DNA from: Ptychomitrium polyphyllum
Taxonomy: Eukaryota
NCBI GenBank assembly: GCA_973851085.1
Contig: OZ316775.1
Location: forward strand, 5,332,001 to 5,396,000
Direction of reading: 5' to 3'
DNA length: 64,000 bases
Part shown: positions 1 to 12,100 of the stretch, one piece after another
Layout: each line of letters begins with the position of its first letter
Position numbering within the stretch: position 1 is the stretch's first letter
Translations under genes and position numbers: made by a program
The notes under the pieces: model-generated
The model's database searches: none
Told to the model about the DNA's origin: nothing
The model's input: only the letters and a program-made list of their open reading frames with translations

Positions 1-1209
1 CAATTTTTACTAAAAACGCAATGCATAGTTGTTTCATCAATTTTTACTAAAAACGCAACCCATTGCCTATGTAAAAGAATGTATTGCAAAAAAACTCACC
101 AATGTTGGATAAAACTTTCAAAATCTGAACAAATGCTGAATAATTGTATTCAGGAATAAAATGAAAGGCCGTTACATAAAAGCAACATTGCTAATCAGTC
201 TTACTCCGCTATGATAAAAACACAAGGTCAAACCGGCCAGCTTCTCAATTCGATTTGTTGAAAGACAGCAACAAACATCCATTTGATTCAAATTCAAGTA
301 TTTTGGAGTACACAAACGCCTATATAACAAACTATAAAACAAAGGCAAACTAACATCATGAGATTCTAGCTCTACTGCAAACAATTTCGACAAAAACAAA
401 TGTACAAAAACAGACACTAGTTCAATAAGACCAAGCCCAAATGTAGAAGAAACCTTCTTATTCCATCCAGCCCATGAGGCAGGGAACTTTTACAAAACTT
501 CCGCGGAAGAAGAACCCAACGGCCTACCATAAGACTGGACACCGGCTGACCGTGTATCTTGTATCTGGGCACGTGGGAGAGGTGGAGTTTTCTGTCACAA
601 CTATGCTCCAGCCCTCCTCAAGAGACAACCCCAACTGTGGCATCATGTTTTAATTGTACAGAGCACCGTGTAACCCGACAAGAGAGAGAGAGCCCACATT
701 CAACCTCTCAGTTGTACCTACTATGCACTAGACACTACTACTAATCGATATTCTCCGCAACTAAATTGAAACGCCCTGTAGCCACGGAACGGGGAAAGAC
801 ACTAAAATATTGATCAATCTGACGGAAACCTCTCGGCTCTAGCAACCCGGACTTCCCAGCCCACCTCGACCTCTTCCCCCTCCCGTCTGGCCCTCTCTTT
901 CTCTGGCATCCTTATTCCCCAAAAATTGGAAAAGGAACACCATCTTCTCACGGTTCCTTTAATCTCGATCATCGACCCTCTTCAGCCTGTACCTGCACAC
1001 TATTTTTCAATGGAATTTGCTATACACTCGGCTGACCAGCAGAGCTCACACCACTTTGCGTGGAATCGCACAGGAAAAGTGGCTCGGACGCAGCCTGTTG
1101 ACGTGATGTATCCATTCATACCTTCGACTCCTGGTACATCGCGACACCACCATCAAATGACAACTGCTACTAACATGACCTCCCCGTCCCCCCGGCAACT
1201 GTTCGCGCG

Positions 1210-1236
1210 CCCCTCCCCCCCGCCCCCTCCCCCCCC
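1210..1236 (-). other. G-quadruplex-forming motif in the ECT 3'UTR
   Basis: mRNA sense reads G8-A-G5-C-G7-A-G4, starting 12 nt after the stop codon. Confidence 0.6.
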
Positions 1237-1247
1237 GGCGCGCACTG

Positions 1248-4200
1248 TCAACTACCCCCATCGCCCACTGCCACAGCATCTTTAGCTTCACTTGACGAAC
1301 CGTTCTGTTCCTCTACCACGTCTGTTCCTGATCCCGGACATGCCTGCTCTGTTTGCCCCGTATTAGGAATTTCCTTCTCCCCTTGCCTCATCGCCACTTC
1401 CGCATCCCCCATGTTGGATAACTTATCGGACAAGCTCGATCTAAGCTGCGATACACTGTCATCGGAATCACCACTTCCGCTTCCACTCGTCTCAACAGTC
1501 GAAGCGAGTGGGTCAGCTGCATTTCTCACCACGGGTTTCCCATCCCCTATACCTTCTACAAGCTCATCACGCTTTGCCTGAGTGAGCTCTCCCGCCGTGG
1601 AACCCGACTCCAACTCGTTGCCTTCTGTCCGCCCACCTCCCTGCGATTCAAAATCCGCCACCTCACCACCAACTCAGTATGCGCAATCACATGGCCACCA
1701 GAACAGCCGCTGCACATCACCGTCCAAGGTGGCTACTGATACCATCGAATCCCTAGCCAAACCTCAGGTCCAAGGCTAAACAAATCAAATGCCGCAGCAA
1801 GACATAAGTATTGTCCACAAGGCTCATTCCTCGTTATTAGCCTAGCTCAACTCCGTCACAGCAGCGCACAACGCCACTCCATAACTTCAGCATAACTATT
1901 CAACTATTCAGGGCCATGTCAAATCTCACGCCCTTGCACTGCACCTCCGACAAATACCGAAGTTGCACCCACCAAACACAAGGTCTCACGCGCCATACCT
2001 GACGATGCTGTTCCCGCTGCTGCTGCGTCTGCTGCCTGGCTCTCTTCTCCGTCAACGCTCGTTGCCGGTTCTCGTAGAATTGGAAATCGTCCAGAATTGA
2101 CGTCTTCGAAGCAAAGCTCTTGAAGATATTCAGCATTCCTATACCTTGTTCGAACTTCACCTGCGCATTGCATACAGAACACGTCGTCAGCTCCACTTCT
2201 TGGAACGCCACCATTGTAATGACTCTTGACTATCTTCCAAACAACCCTCCACATCATCGCATAAGCATCCGCCATCATCTCCGTCGCCCACTCTATTGCA
2301 CCACTGCTTTACAAATCACATCGCCCTGACACTGTTTAGATCAATTTAGGAGGAACAAACCGGAGAACGCAGAGTATGACATCTACACCCATTTTAGGAT
2401 GAACATGGCGGTGGCAGAAACACATAGACATCTCGCCCGTTTCGCGGGTCCACAAACAATCCATTGCGCTCATCACCTCAAGCAGTCACTATCCGCTCGC
2501 CCCGGAGCGCTGGCAGGAGGCCCCGGATGCAAGCTGCAACGCCGCTCAGCAACCGTCTCACGTCCGCACATCTACCGAAGCCTCATTCGAACAACTTACC
2601 TCCTGGGTGTCCCTGCTATTCGTCACGGGCTTGTTATCGTTGTTTTCCAATATGATGTGTCGAAACTGGCAGTTCGGAATGTCCTTTATTATGTGCCATG
2701 TCACGGGGAACCGACCGTTCCACTTGTCCTGCTGCCAGTAGTCCACACTCTTTGAAAAGTCGACGGGGCCTGTCATCTCCGCCACGCCACAGAACTGCCC
2801 GCTCGCATTCACCTGTCCAACATTCACGAAACTAATACATCAGAAACCACACTCGCACATACAACGACGCCAATGCGGCCGTCCTCTTACAACCTCGGGA
2901 AAGCTGTAGCTGACACCGGCCAGACCACCGCTGCCCATACAAATCAAAGATCGTTATCATCAAGTACAAGCATGCCATCTTCCATATGCAACAAACTACT
3001 AATTCCCAAACAGCCAACCAAAACGACGAACCACAACCCAGCTGCACCCGAATCCCGAAACCGCTACCACCTAGCTTACCGAAAAGAACAGAAACACCGG
3101 GCATGAGCCCTTCGTGCCCCCGCTACACTTCGTCATAGCCTCCTGGTATGCGGCATCGAGCCTCTTGTTTCCCACCGGAGTGCTCGCCCACACGTTGTAC
3201 TTGATACTCTTATGCACATCATCCTCGCTGTAAGACTTGATCACGAAGAACTTGGCGTGCTCGTAGCTCGTCACGAACTCGGCCTTATTGTATTGCTCTC
3301 TGTTCGCGAACGGGCTCAGCACGTCCCCGTTTCCCGACGACCCCGCACCCTGCCCTCGAGTGTGTCTCACAACGCCTGGAATGGTCCGTTGGTTCCTCGT
3401 CCTTATGGTTCGGGGTCCTCTGTTCTGCTCGTTCAGCGGATCCAGACCGCCGTTGCTGTTGCCCACAGCCCCACCGCCTCGCCCCCTCTGCTTTCCCTTG
3501 TCGCTACCCACCCAGGCCCCACGCCCATTCGCCCTCCCATCCACGGCCATGTTCCCCATGCCACGGCCTCTCCCTGGCCCATTCGGCCCGTTCACAACTC
3601 CTGAAAGAGGAGGATAGCCCCTGGCCAGTGCCCCAGGCCCCAGATTCGGCGATGCCAACCCGGACGGATTCCTCGACTGCTGAGATGACTGTATCTGTAT
3701 CTGCAACCGGACGATCTTCCAAGGTCAATACCTCCCTGCAGAAAGCCTTGCTATGGAGGTACTCTTATATTCCCACCAGACTGTGTAAACACTCCGAACA
3801 AGGACATTCCACTGCGTGCTACCTCTCCCACACAAGGCCCACAGTGCGATGTTCATCTGCGCTGCTCTGATGCAAAACCAGGTGCCAATATGAGGCTGTC
3901 TCATGCACCATCCTGCCACACAGTAGGATTTCCACCATTCTCTAGTTCCCTCATCCGTTTAAGCCTTATCAACATTGCAACAAAAGCTTACCTGCAATGG
4001 GGTCATCCGTCTCACTGGCTGAGCCGGGAGTCCTGGCGCTGAAAACTGTTGAGACCCCATCGAGTGCATCCCTGCAGCCGGGATCCCCGGTCTCTGCTGA
4101 CCTTCTGTGATCTTTGTCACGTCCGCCCACGAAGGTGCACCAGCCCGGAGCCCCTCGTATCGTACATCCTGAGAACCACCTGGACTGTGGATCGCCAGCG

Positions 4201-7200
4201 GTAACACGCCTCTCGAATACGGTCCGTGCGGGGGAACCAGTGCCATGGCTGGGTAACCCGGTCTCGGACCGCCGTTCTTGCCATCCACTCCAGGAGGCCC
4301 GGGCTCGCCGTTTCCTGACCCGCCCCCTTCGCCACCACTCATCGCACCTGGTGATCCCATATACCCAGCACCAGGGGACATCGGCTGCTGGTACAGGTGG
4401 CTCGGGTACTGGAACGCCTGAGGCCCATACAGCTGCCCATCCGCACCCATCGTCGGCACAGGCGTCCCCGGAGTGTATGGGCTGTAAGAAGGCTGGGACG
4501 CGTACCCGAACCCGGGGGCATGCATGAACACGGAGCCACCGCTATCGCTGTATACACCCTGCACATCTCAGACACTCGCATCAGACTCCGTACAGCACTC
4601 CAAGTAAACCCCGAGCACACGCTGTGTGCCGGTGCAGCACGACATAACAAAGCGCAACAACGCTAGCGATCACTATTGGAATCGCTTCGCATACGCGATT
4701 TCCACTCCGCTATCACACAACCTGCACCAGCCAATTAATCGTCTGATAACAGAAGTCTCTGCCCCAAACAGGATCCCAATGCTTGCGATGTACACTTACC
4801 GGGGATGGGATCTCTACTCCATCGACAACATATCTCGAGTACTCGTCCCACTCGCCTGCAACCGGAGCTTCGTATCCTGCGGACGACATGCCAACATGAA
4901 ATGTCAATCAACTAGCTTGGCCAAGTGAATCGCAGAGTATGGATCATCAGAGCACCCGGGTAACCGCGTCGCTGCGTCGATTTGTCGAAAGTGGAGAGAA
5001 TGTTCTCGCAGCTACTTATCATATGCAGAAATCGCACGACTGTCTTGCGATAGGTATTTGTCCCAGTGCTTCGCCTCTACCAACTGTCCCTTCTGCCATT
5101 GCCCATGGCTACATAGGAGAGACACCACAGTTTCATTGTAGCCAGACAAGAGAAGATCGAGTCACGACCAACCTCCGTGCGGATAGTCGTATACATAACC
5201 ATGGGTAGCATAGCCGTTCATGCCACCAACGTAGTACATTCCCCCGGCAGACCCGTCGGGTACTCCATTCGTACTTGCTGCGTCGCCAGTCCCCACCGAT
5301 GCAGAGGCATCTCCACTTGCATCAGAGGAATCCTCATCATTAGTCGGAGGTATCTGCATTGGCACAGCAGCACTGGTCACAGATCTAAAGACTGAGATGC
5401 CGATGGTATCCTCAACCAACTAGGATCCCAAGGTTCTCGAGCCTGCACCGAACTGGAATACCAGATCTGCATGCATGGGATGACGTAACCCTCAGCAAAC
5501 AATTCGCTAGGACGCTCATTCTGCCAATATTGCATCTCTACTCTTCCAATCCTTCGCCGGTACAACTCGGCCTTCAAGTACCCAACCACCGGCTAGCTCG
5601 ACACAAGCTGCAAAACACGTTCGACTAATTGGAAGCCTCAGCTGCCATCACTGATCAAGGACCTCGATACACAGGTAAGAGAATGAATGCTACTGTCGTA
5701 AGTGCGACATACCTCCCGAGTGACGTTCGCTTGCTTCGGTGTGTCAACTTTCAGGTTGTGCAGCAGTTCGCTCACTTCTGATCATTAGGTCGGGTTAAGT
5801 AATGCACAGCGACCAAGATTGAACTGTGTTCAGGACGGGAGTCTCTACACGGCAAGTGCAGAGTGCTAGGAAAGACATTCAGCAACAGCATCCCCAGTCT
5901 AAAATCCAGAGACAGGACGCCAAATCACACTGACAAGAGAGTACGTCACGGTTTGATTTGTTTGGAATCACGCTATCTTTATTTGACGGGAGTATCGTAA
6001 GTAGAGCAACAGAGGGTGTTTTATGAAGATTTTAAAGGTTTCAGATATAAGCAGCTTAGTCAAACACGAATTCAAGCGCGTCTTCGATACTTTTAGTATC
6101 CGTTTGGATAGCATCAGACCAGTGACTGACAGAAATTTTCAGAGGCGTACTGTATAGGAGTTGCATGTGCTTGACTTTTGCACGTCATCAATACAAGAGG
6201 TACAGACAGCGTCTCATGACAACCCAAGGTTGTATTGGATGGCACCGACTCTAATTCCTCTTACTCACCATCTTCGTCTATCGCATCTTGTCGTCCAGGA
6301 ATGACGTTATAATTTTCGTATTTGATTATATGATTCATACATGATGTAATTGGTTGTTTATCTTTCTGTCAGTCTACCGATCTGAGAAAGCGCCTCAACT
6401 CACAAGATTACTAAGCTTCGATTTACTCGAAAGGCATCCGCAGATGTGTTCAAGAACTGAGAACGTGAAGAGGATGGTCGTCGCATTTGCTCCTACAAGA
6501 CCGTCAACAACCATCCCTACTCTAAGCATATCGCTAGTTCGCAACATAAAATGTTGTTGACGCCATTAAGCGTACGTCGTCACGAATACTTGGCGCAAGT
6601 TTCAATCGATTATGGCAGCTTTAGCAGCATGCATCTTGCCCTAAGTATGCCATTAAGATCTTCTCATGTACGTAGAACATGCCAAGTTGGATTGGAAAAT
6701 GTTTTTCTAAAACGCATCGATGATCAAAGTATAAAGAACATACTTTAAGTCTGAAAGCTTGGACTTCACATCCCAGAAATTCCAGTAACGCAAACCAGTT
6801 GCGACAGAAAAGTTGTCATAACAACTTAGGAATCCGTTCGGTGATTGTAAACGAAACTCAGCAACGTTCCTTCACGAAGTTTTACAGTGGCAAAGTTCAT
6901 GAAGAGACAGTGCCATCTCAGAAGATTTGACTTCGCAACGAACTACCGTTTTTCCTATACCGAAATAACTAGTGTTTTACAATTAGTGTAAAACTCGGTG
7001 CTCACTCTAGAACGACACTAACGGCACAGAAGATAATATGAAAAGTACTGAGGATACCTAAGACCTGACCAAACGACCTGAAGAAAACCAGGAGAGGTGA
7101 ACAGGGTTTCTTGGAAGTATGTATTCCCTAAATGCCGCAGTTCGCTTATGAAACAATTAACTATGATCAAAGCCTTCAATGACGAAAAATTACACTCTAC

Positions 7201-7709
7201 AACGCGACGTTGCCATTACAGGAGAGCCTACAGCAGAAAGACGAATTCTGACGCAAGCTTACACAAGTCTTTGAAGCAAAGACTTACAAACCGATCGCTT
7301 AACGACGATCACTTCGCCGTCACTCGTTACTCCCCTTTCTTTCCAAAATGCAAGTCGCAAAGAGAGCGCTACTTCTTTAAACACCCCTTCATCTTGAAAT
7401 AAAGCTCGGCTTCTTGAAGACATAAAGGCCGAGTTCTTTTCGAGTATATCAAACTCTGTCCAGAAACGGCAACCCTGGCATTATAAGAAACTCGCGGTAA
7501 AGAAGTCCAGGCTCACTGTCACGAAACTAAAGACAATACTGCATTGTCGTACAACGAGTTTCCCAATATCAGACATCGCAGCGTCACCAGCGACGTACGT
7601 CAAGCCCGACAATCACCGCCAAAGATAACTTCCTACCCCAGGTCCTCTACTGCACGTTACAAGGAAGAAGTAAAAGGATACGTTCAGCGGGCTGAGCGAC
7701 TACCGCCAT
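1248..7709 (-). CDS. ECT: YTH-domain m6A reader (plant ECT / YTHDF family), 9 coding exons, about 768 aa
   Basis: Exons: 7709-7682, 5777-5713, 5353-5173 (in-frame alternative acceptor at 5419), 4876-4800, 4558-3992, 3700-3080, 2812-2600, 2160-1999, 1640-1248. All introns are GT-AG, phases are consistent, total 2307 nt. N-terminus [21 protein letters not shown], motif [10 protein letters not shown] and a Y/P/Q-rich IDR. YTH domain [25 protein letters not shown]...[13 protein letters not shown]...DYWQQDKW...NSRDTQEV with the aromatic-cage tryptophans intact. Confidence 0.95.
5778..7681 (-). other. U12-type (minor spliceosome) GT-AG intron, first coding intron of the ECT gene
   Basis: 5' splice site GTATCCTTTT at 7681. 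Branch site TTACTTAAC about 16 nt upstream of the CAG at 5780-5778, with no polypyrimidine tract. Splicing joins C+AA = Gln in frame. Confidence 0.88.
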
Positions 7710-9199
7710 TTCTTACAACTCGCCAACCTTACAACACCACCACCGCAGCAGCCGACTCAGGTTCCCCGCACTTCCACCAATTGGCCAACTCGCGAACCCG
7801 CCACCACTGCCAGCTTAAAACTATTAATTAAAATCACGTCGTCGCCCGGCCCCAAACCGCACGACCAGCTTACCGCTCCTCCGCTCTCAATCCTACACCA
7901 AACAACTCTACCACGCGCCACAATTCACGACTCCTGCTCCCCAACCTCACCAGCCAGTCCACTCCACAGTAGCGGCCTCGTCTCTCCAAAACCTCCACCG
8001 AATTCCCCCCGGAGCCGTCAGCATTCGATCACCCGCCCGCGCCTGCCGTCTCCACACCAGCCAACGAACCTCAACCTCCCCCGATCCCCCGCCTCACGCC
8101 CTCCCCGTCAACCAACAGTACTCAACCACCTCCGCACCATCCAGCCCGCTCGCCTCCCGACCTCACGCCAGTTCACCAAAACCCTGCCTCGCCGCTGCGC
8201 TCCACAGGAGCCTCCCCGGCGCTCATTCCGACTCAAGACGCTGAACGATGGCTTCCGCGCCTCGCTGCCGGGGAGTCGATCGACGCAGCAGCGGCGACGA
8301 GAGACGAGAGTTCGAGGCGAAATGACGGGATGGCGGGGCAAGTGTGGTCAGCGCCGGCTCCGTGCATCCAGACAGAAAGAACGGGCCCGCCTGCGTTGAG
8401 ACCAGCACTGTGGTGCAGCAACACATGAGAGCACTGGACAATGGACAATAGCCAACAATAGCCCTGCACCAGCCTTTGAACTCGAGCCCCCCAAGTCTAC
8501 ACTCCCCTTTCAAGTTTCAACTTTCAACTCAGTCTCAGACCAGCCCTTTGCCACCAGAAGGCAACAATCTCCCCCGCCCTTCTCTCCCGAGCCGCTCCAC
8601 GTTGACTGCCTGCTACCGGTGGGCCCGGTCACCCCTCTCCCTTACGCCCTAATGGGGTCCACCGTATTTGCGCTTAAGCCGTAATTCAACTGCCCGGTCG
8701 ACTCGACTCTATTTTTCTGTTGGGGTGTTGGTACCCTATCACCTTCTTGTTGCCCGGGTCTCGCCCTGTTTTCCGCATTTTGTCAGTGATGTGCCCGGGT
8801 ATAGGCTTCGTAGGGCGCCGGTACCTTTCTTGTGGTAGCTAGGCTAGGGTCGGCCGCCGGCCCGGCTTTGAGAGTCCAACATGATCCCCGTGATTTTCTG
8901 GAGCTCTTTGCTTCTTCATTCTTTTCGCCGAATCGTTGGCCTTCAATCCTGCAGCTCTTCGGAATTATGAATCGTAGCATGCATGATGATGAGCTTGGGG
9001 GTCGTTTCACAAAAGCGGTAGGAGTGATAATTTGGCTTTTGTGATTGGTCACTTTCAGCCTATAATTTTCACTTGAATCATCAAAACCTGTCCTCTTCAT
9101 TTTCCTTCTCTGTACTCAGTGATAAGTGTAGTATTAGGTGATAGTTAAGGAGCGTATTTGTTGGATTTAAATTGATATTTGGTTTATTGTGCCTCTTAT

Positions 9200-12100
9200 C
9201 ATTAAGTGCAAATTGATGTTATGGGTTAATTATTGTGATTGCTTATGGCCATTATTCAAGGTTTAATTCATAAGTGTAATAGTATCCTATCATTGACGAT
9301 CTTTTATTACATGTTCCATATAGTTAATGTTTAGTGAAATAATATCAAGTTTGTTAAAAATTTAATGAACTAAACACCATATAAACTTCTTTTATATGAT
9401 TTGTATCACACAAAACCAACACATTATACATCACATTGTATTATAATCCACAACTTCATGATGACAACCAATAATTCTATATCATACGATTTATATATTT
9501 TACAAATCATACAAGCACTGTGGAATTTATATGGCATTTTGATTGATATACTTGCCATATTGGTTTTTTTTGCCATGTCACATACCACCTTTCATTGAAA
9601 AAAATTTAAAAAAATTCTTTGTATGTAGTTCAATTTGAACTTTAAAAATCAATACAAATATTTTAGTTATATACTAATTCCATTTGAGTTTGTTTTTCAA
9701 AACCATACCTATGAATTAGGTGTAAATTTTATCTTTCTTATTTCATTATAGCAAAACTATAGCAAGAATTTAAAAGAAACAATTTAATTTTTTTAATTGA
9801 TGAATAACTTGAAATTTGAATTCATCAATAGCATAAAAATTATCAATGAAGCTCCATTAATAGTAGTAAAATATTTTTGCACCATTTTAAAGAAATCAAT
9901 AAGCAAATTATAAATACAAATAAAATGTAACAACATACATCTAACCAAAAAAATTACTATAAATAAGTCTTGTTATGATTTGAAAATTTCTTTTGTCACT
10001 AAAGTATTATTTTTTGATATAAAATATCATTTGATTATCATCAGTTACCTTTACAATTATCTTTTTATTGGACATTGATTGAATTTTCGAAACGGTATTA
10101 ATTTCATTTTATAATTACAATTGTTGGCATGTCTATCTACCATGGCATTTTATATTTAAATTTGAAGACTACTTTTGCTTTAAAAATATTTATAACACAT
10201 CTTAAGGAATTAGTTCACATCATATGCATTCATAACTTAATTCAAAACATCCTTGTGATTTTTTTTCTTTAATATGACACATTTGAAAAACAGATTAAAT
10301 ACTATATTATTTGTGGTTCCAAATACCAAATGCCAATTTCATTTGTTTGTTGTTTAAGTTTTTTGTATATTGACATAATCTCTAGGTGAATTCAAAGCCA
10401 TTCTATTAACCAAAGCAATAAAAGGCAATTTATTCATATACTTTTTGCATACTTGTTTCTTAAAAAAATAGAAACAACATGATTAATTATACCAAATCTT
10501 GGAAAAACTAAAATACAAAGCTTGAAATTGGGATAGATTTTGCAATTCCTAACAAAATCCTTATTGAATCCAACAAATTTAACACAACTTTGAAATTAAC
10601 AAGAAAACATGGGTTTTGCAATGCTATGTACAGTTATAGACAATTAAAAATGTAAAAATCTTCTTTGACATCAAAATTGTAATTCAAATCCAATTCTAAA
10701 TTTTACATTCTAATGTCAAGGATTGCATCAACAGATGTAACTATACAAAATCAATTCAAGACTAAACATAAAAATCTCAATTAAATAACAATTCAAATTG
10801 GTTCTTTTAATTTGTATATTCAAGGAATCTTTATTAAACTTCAAATCTAGAATTTTTTTGAAAATATGGCAGCTAGTAGGATTTTTTTAATTTTTTACTC
10901 ATCATTTTATATGGTTGTATAACTCTGTATGAAAAATTAAGTTTCAATGAAAAATATTAAAGGATTCAAAAAAAATATTCATAAATCATCAGATAGTCTT
11001 GTATATATTTTTATATCCTTAAAATTAAAAAATCATTTTAATATACATTTATCAAATAACAAGGAGTCGATTGGAAGCTTCAATAAACATCTTAATTGTG
11101 TAGTTTTTGGAAACAATCATGGAATAGAACATTCGGCATAGGTTTGATTGTATAATTTACATGACATTCAGACGTATGAATAAAATAAACTTTTCATTGC
11201 CTAGTTTGTAGAACAGGTTTATAAAAAATAATAAGAGGTGGGATAGAAAAGAAAGAAGGAAGAAATATACTTGTAGAATAATTAATTATTTTTTATAAAA
11301 GCAGAAAAGGTCAAGAAAAAGGGTATTATAATATAATTTATTTTGATGTAGAATGAAATTGCAATTGGATAAATTATTCAATCTTGGAATTTATTTCAAA
11401 CTTTAAGATGAGGTAGAAACTACATTATGTATTGTTGAAGAGTGTTGGAGACTTGACCACATAAAAAACTTTGTAATTATATTAAAAATTTATAAATACT
11501 TAATTTTCTAATTAAATGAAGATAAGAAAGAATTGGTTGGAAAAAAACAAATGTAATGGATGAAGAGGTTTTTTATTATCCACTTAATAATTAGTAGATG
11601 ATGGATAAAGAGTTTTTAAACTATTTATTTTAGATGATGGATGAATAGGTTATTATTTTTTATTGCATGAATGAAAATACATGCTTATATGTATATTTTT
11701 TTGTGTCTTGATGAATTAAAACAATATACATAGATACATACATAGTAAATGCATCCATAACAAATGTATAAATTTATTGAAGTATCATATTATTGAATAT
11801 AATTTCCAAAGAATTTTTACAAGTTCTTGCAAATCTCTACAAATTTCCATGTAGTTTTTAATTACGTAGGAACAAAATGTATTTTTTGAAATTGAAATCT
11901 TCATTACTACTAATAAAATGTATTCATATTACCCTGAAAATATGACAAATGAGGATTTCAAATGTTATATTGTTGTATGTTCTAATTGTATAATTGTAAG
12001 AAAAAATTTTGAAATAAAAAGTGTGATTATACAAAAATGTGTTGCAAAATCAATATTGTACTATTATCGAGTGTCATTTTATTGAGCTCAAATAATTTAT

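Noticed and set aside
1..58. 21-bp direct repeat caatttttactaaaaacgcaa (37-bp period)
   Set aside because: Truncated at the window edge with only two copies; no function can be inferred.
926..5395. Many plus-strand and alternative-frame ORFs overlapping the ECT gene
   Set aside because: Shadow ORFs of GC-rich coding sequence with no recognisable domains.
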